DNA of 64,000 nucleotides from Eledone cirrhosa (lineage: Eukaryota), in the NCBI GenBank assembly GCA_964016885.1, contig OZ024742.1, positions 222,208,001-222,272,000 of the forward strand, read 5' to 3'. The notes under the pieces are model-generated. The model was not told the DNA's origin, ran no database searches, and saw nothing but the letters and a program-made list of their open reading frames with translations. Below are positions 63,506 to 64,000 of the stretch, one piece after another (position 1 is the stretch's first letter; each line of letters begins with the position of its first letter). The translations under genes were made by a program, and so were the position numbers.

Positions 63506-64000
63506 CTTTTCCCTTTTTTTTTTTTTAAATTTATTTATTATTATTATTATTATTATTTTTTTATTATTATTTTTATTTTTTTTATTTTTATTTTTTTTAT
63601 TTTTTTTTTTTCTTGTGCAATGGCCATACTCGATAACGAGGGGGCAGCCATCATCATGTATATATGTATGCATGCATGTATGTATATGTATGTGTATGTA
63701 TGTATGCATGCATGCATGCATGTATAAATGTATGCATGTATGTATGTATGTATATATGTATGTATGTATGCATGTATTTATGTATGTATATGTATGTGTG
63801 TGTATGTGTGTGTGTATATATGTATGTATGCATGTATGTATGCATGTATGTATGTATATGTACGTGTGTGTATGCGTGTGTGTATGTATGTATGTGTGTG
63901 TGTGTAAATGTGTATGTTTATATTTACTGTTTGTTTATGTCACATAACTTAGTGGGTCAAGAAAAATAAAGACGTTTGAGAAAATATAAAGCAGATTTAG

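Larger units (their letters stand above)
59270..63655 (+). mobile_element. Near-full-length RTE-clade LINE
   Basis: Structured 5' UTR, single APE-RT-ZnF ORF broken by one frameshift, 3' stem-loop at 63620-63655. Microsatellites lie inside both UTRs. Confidence 0.93.

Noticed and set aside
63140-63969. Long Y/I/C/V-rich ORFs
   Set aside because: Translations of TA/TG/ATT/TATG microsatellites.

Overview
AT-rich, microsatellite-saturated animal genomic DNA. The SINE families and LINE repertoire are most consistent with an octopus/coleoid cephalopod (inference). There is no convincing intact host gene, and most ORF-track entries are microsatellite artefacts. Recognisable content: a near-full-length RTE LINE (59.3-63.7 kb; APE, RT, 3 C2H2 fingers, one frameshift), several truncated RTE copies (one with a PHD-like finger), R4/Dong-type RLE fragments, an internally deleted DD37D Tc1/mariner element, hAT/piggyBac/mariner MITEs, a solo LTR, many tRNA-derived SINEs and minisatellites. 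The main unannotated signal is a dense set of type I hammerhead ribozymes: 15 with intact CUGANGA/GAAA/NUH cores plus about 7 decayed ones, from many dissimilar families. They sit in short, mostly non-coding elements lodged in (TA)n tracts, often folded back into long inverted repeats, and two show terminal redundancy (about 466- and 539-nt units). Three lie just 3' of decayed Penelope-like GIY-YIG ORF ends. This suggests a (TA)n-targeted Penelope/retrozyme-like system of self-cleaving, possibly circular or hairpin RNAs. All structures were folded by eye and need computational and biochemical confirmation.
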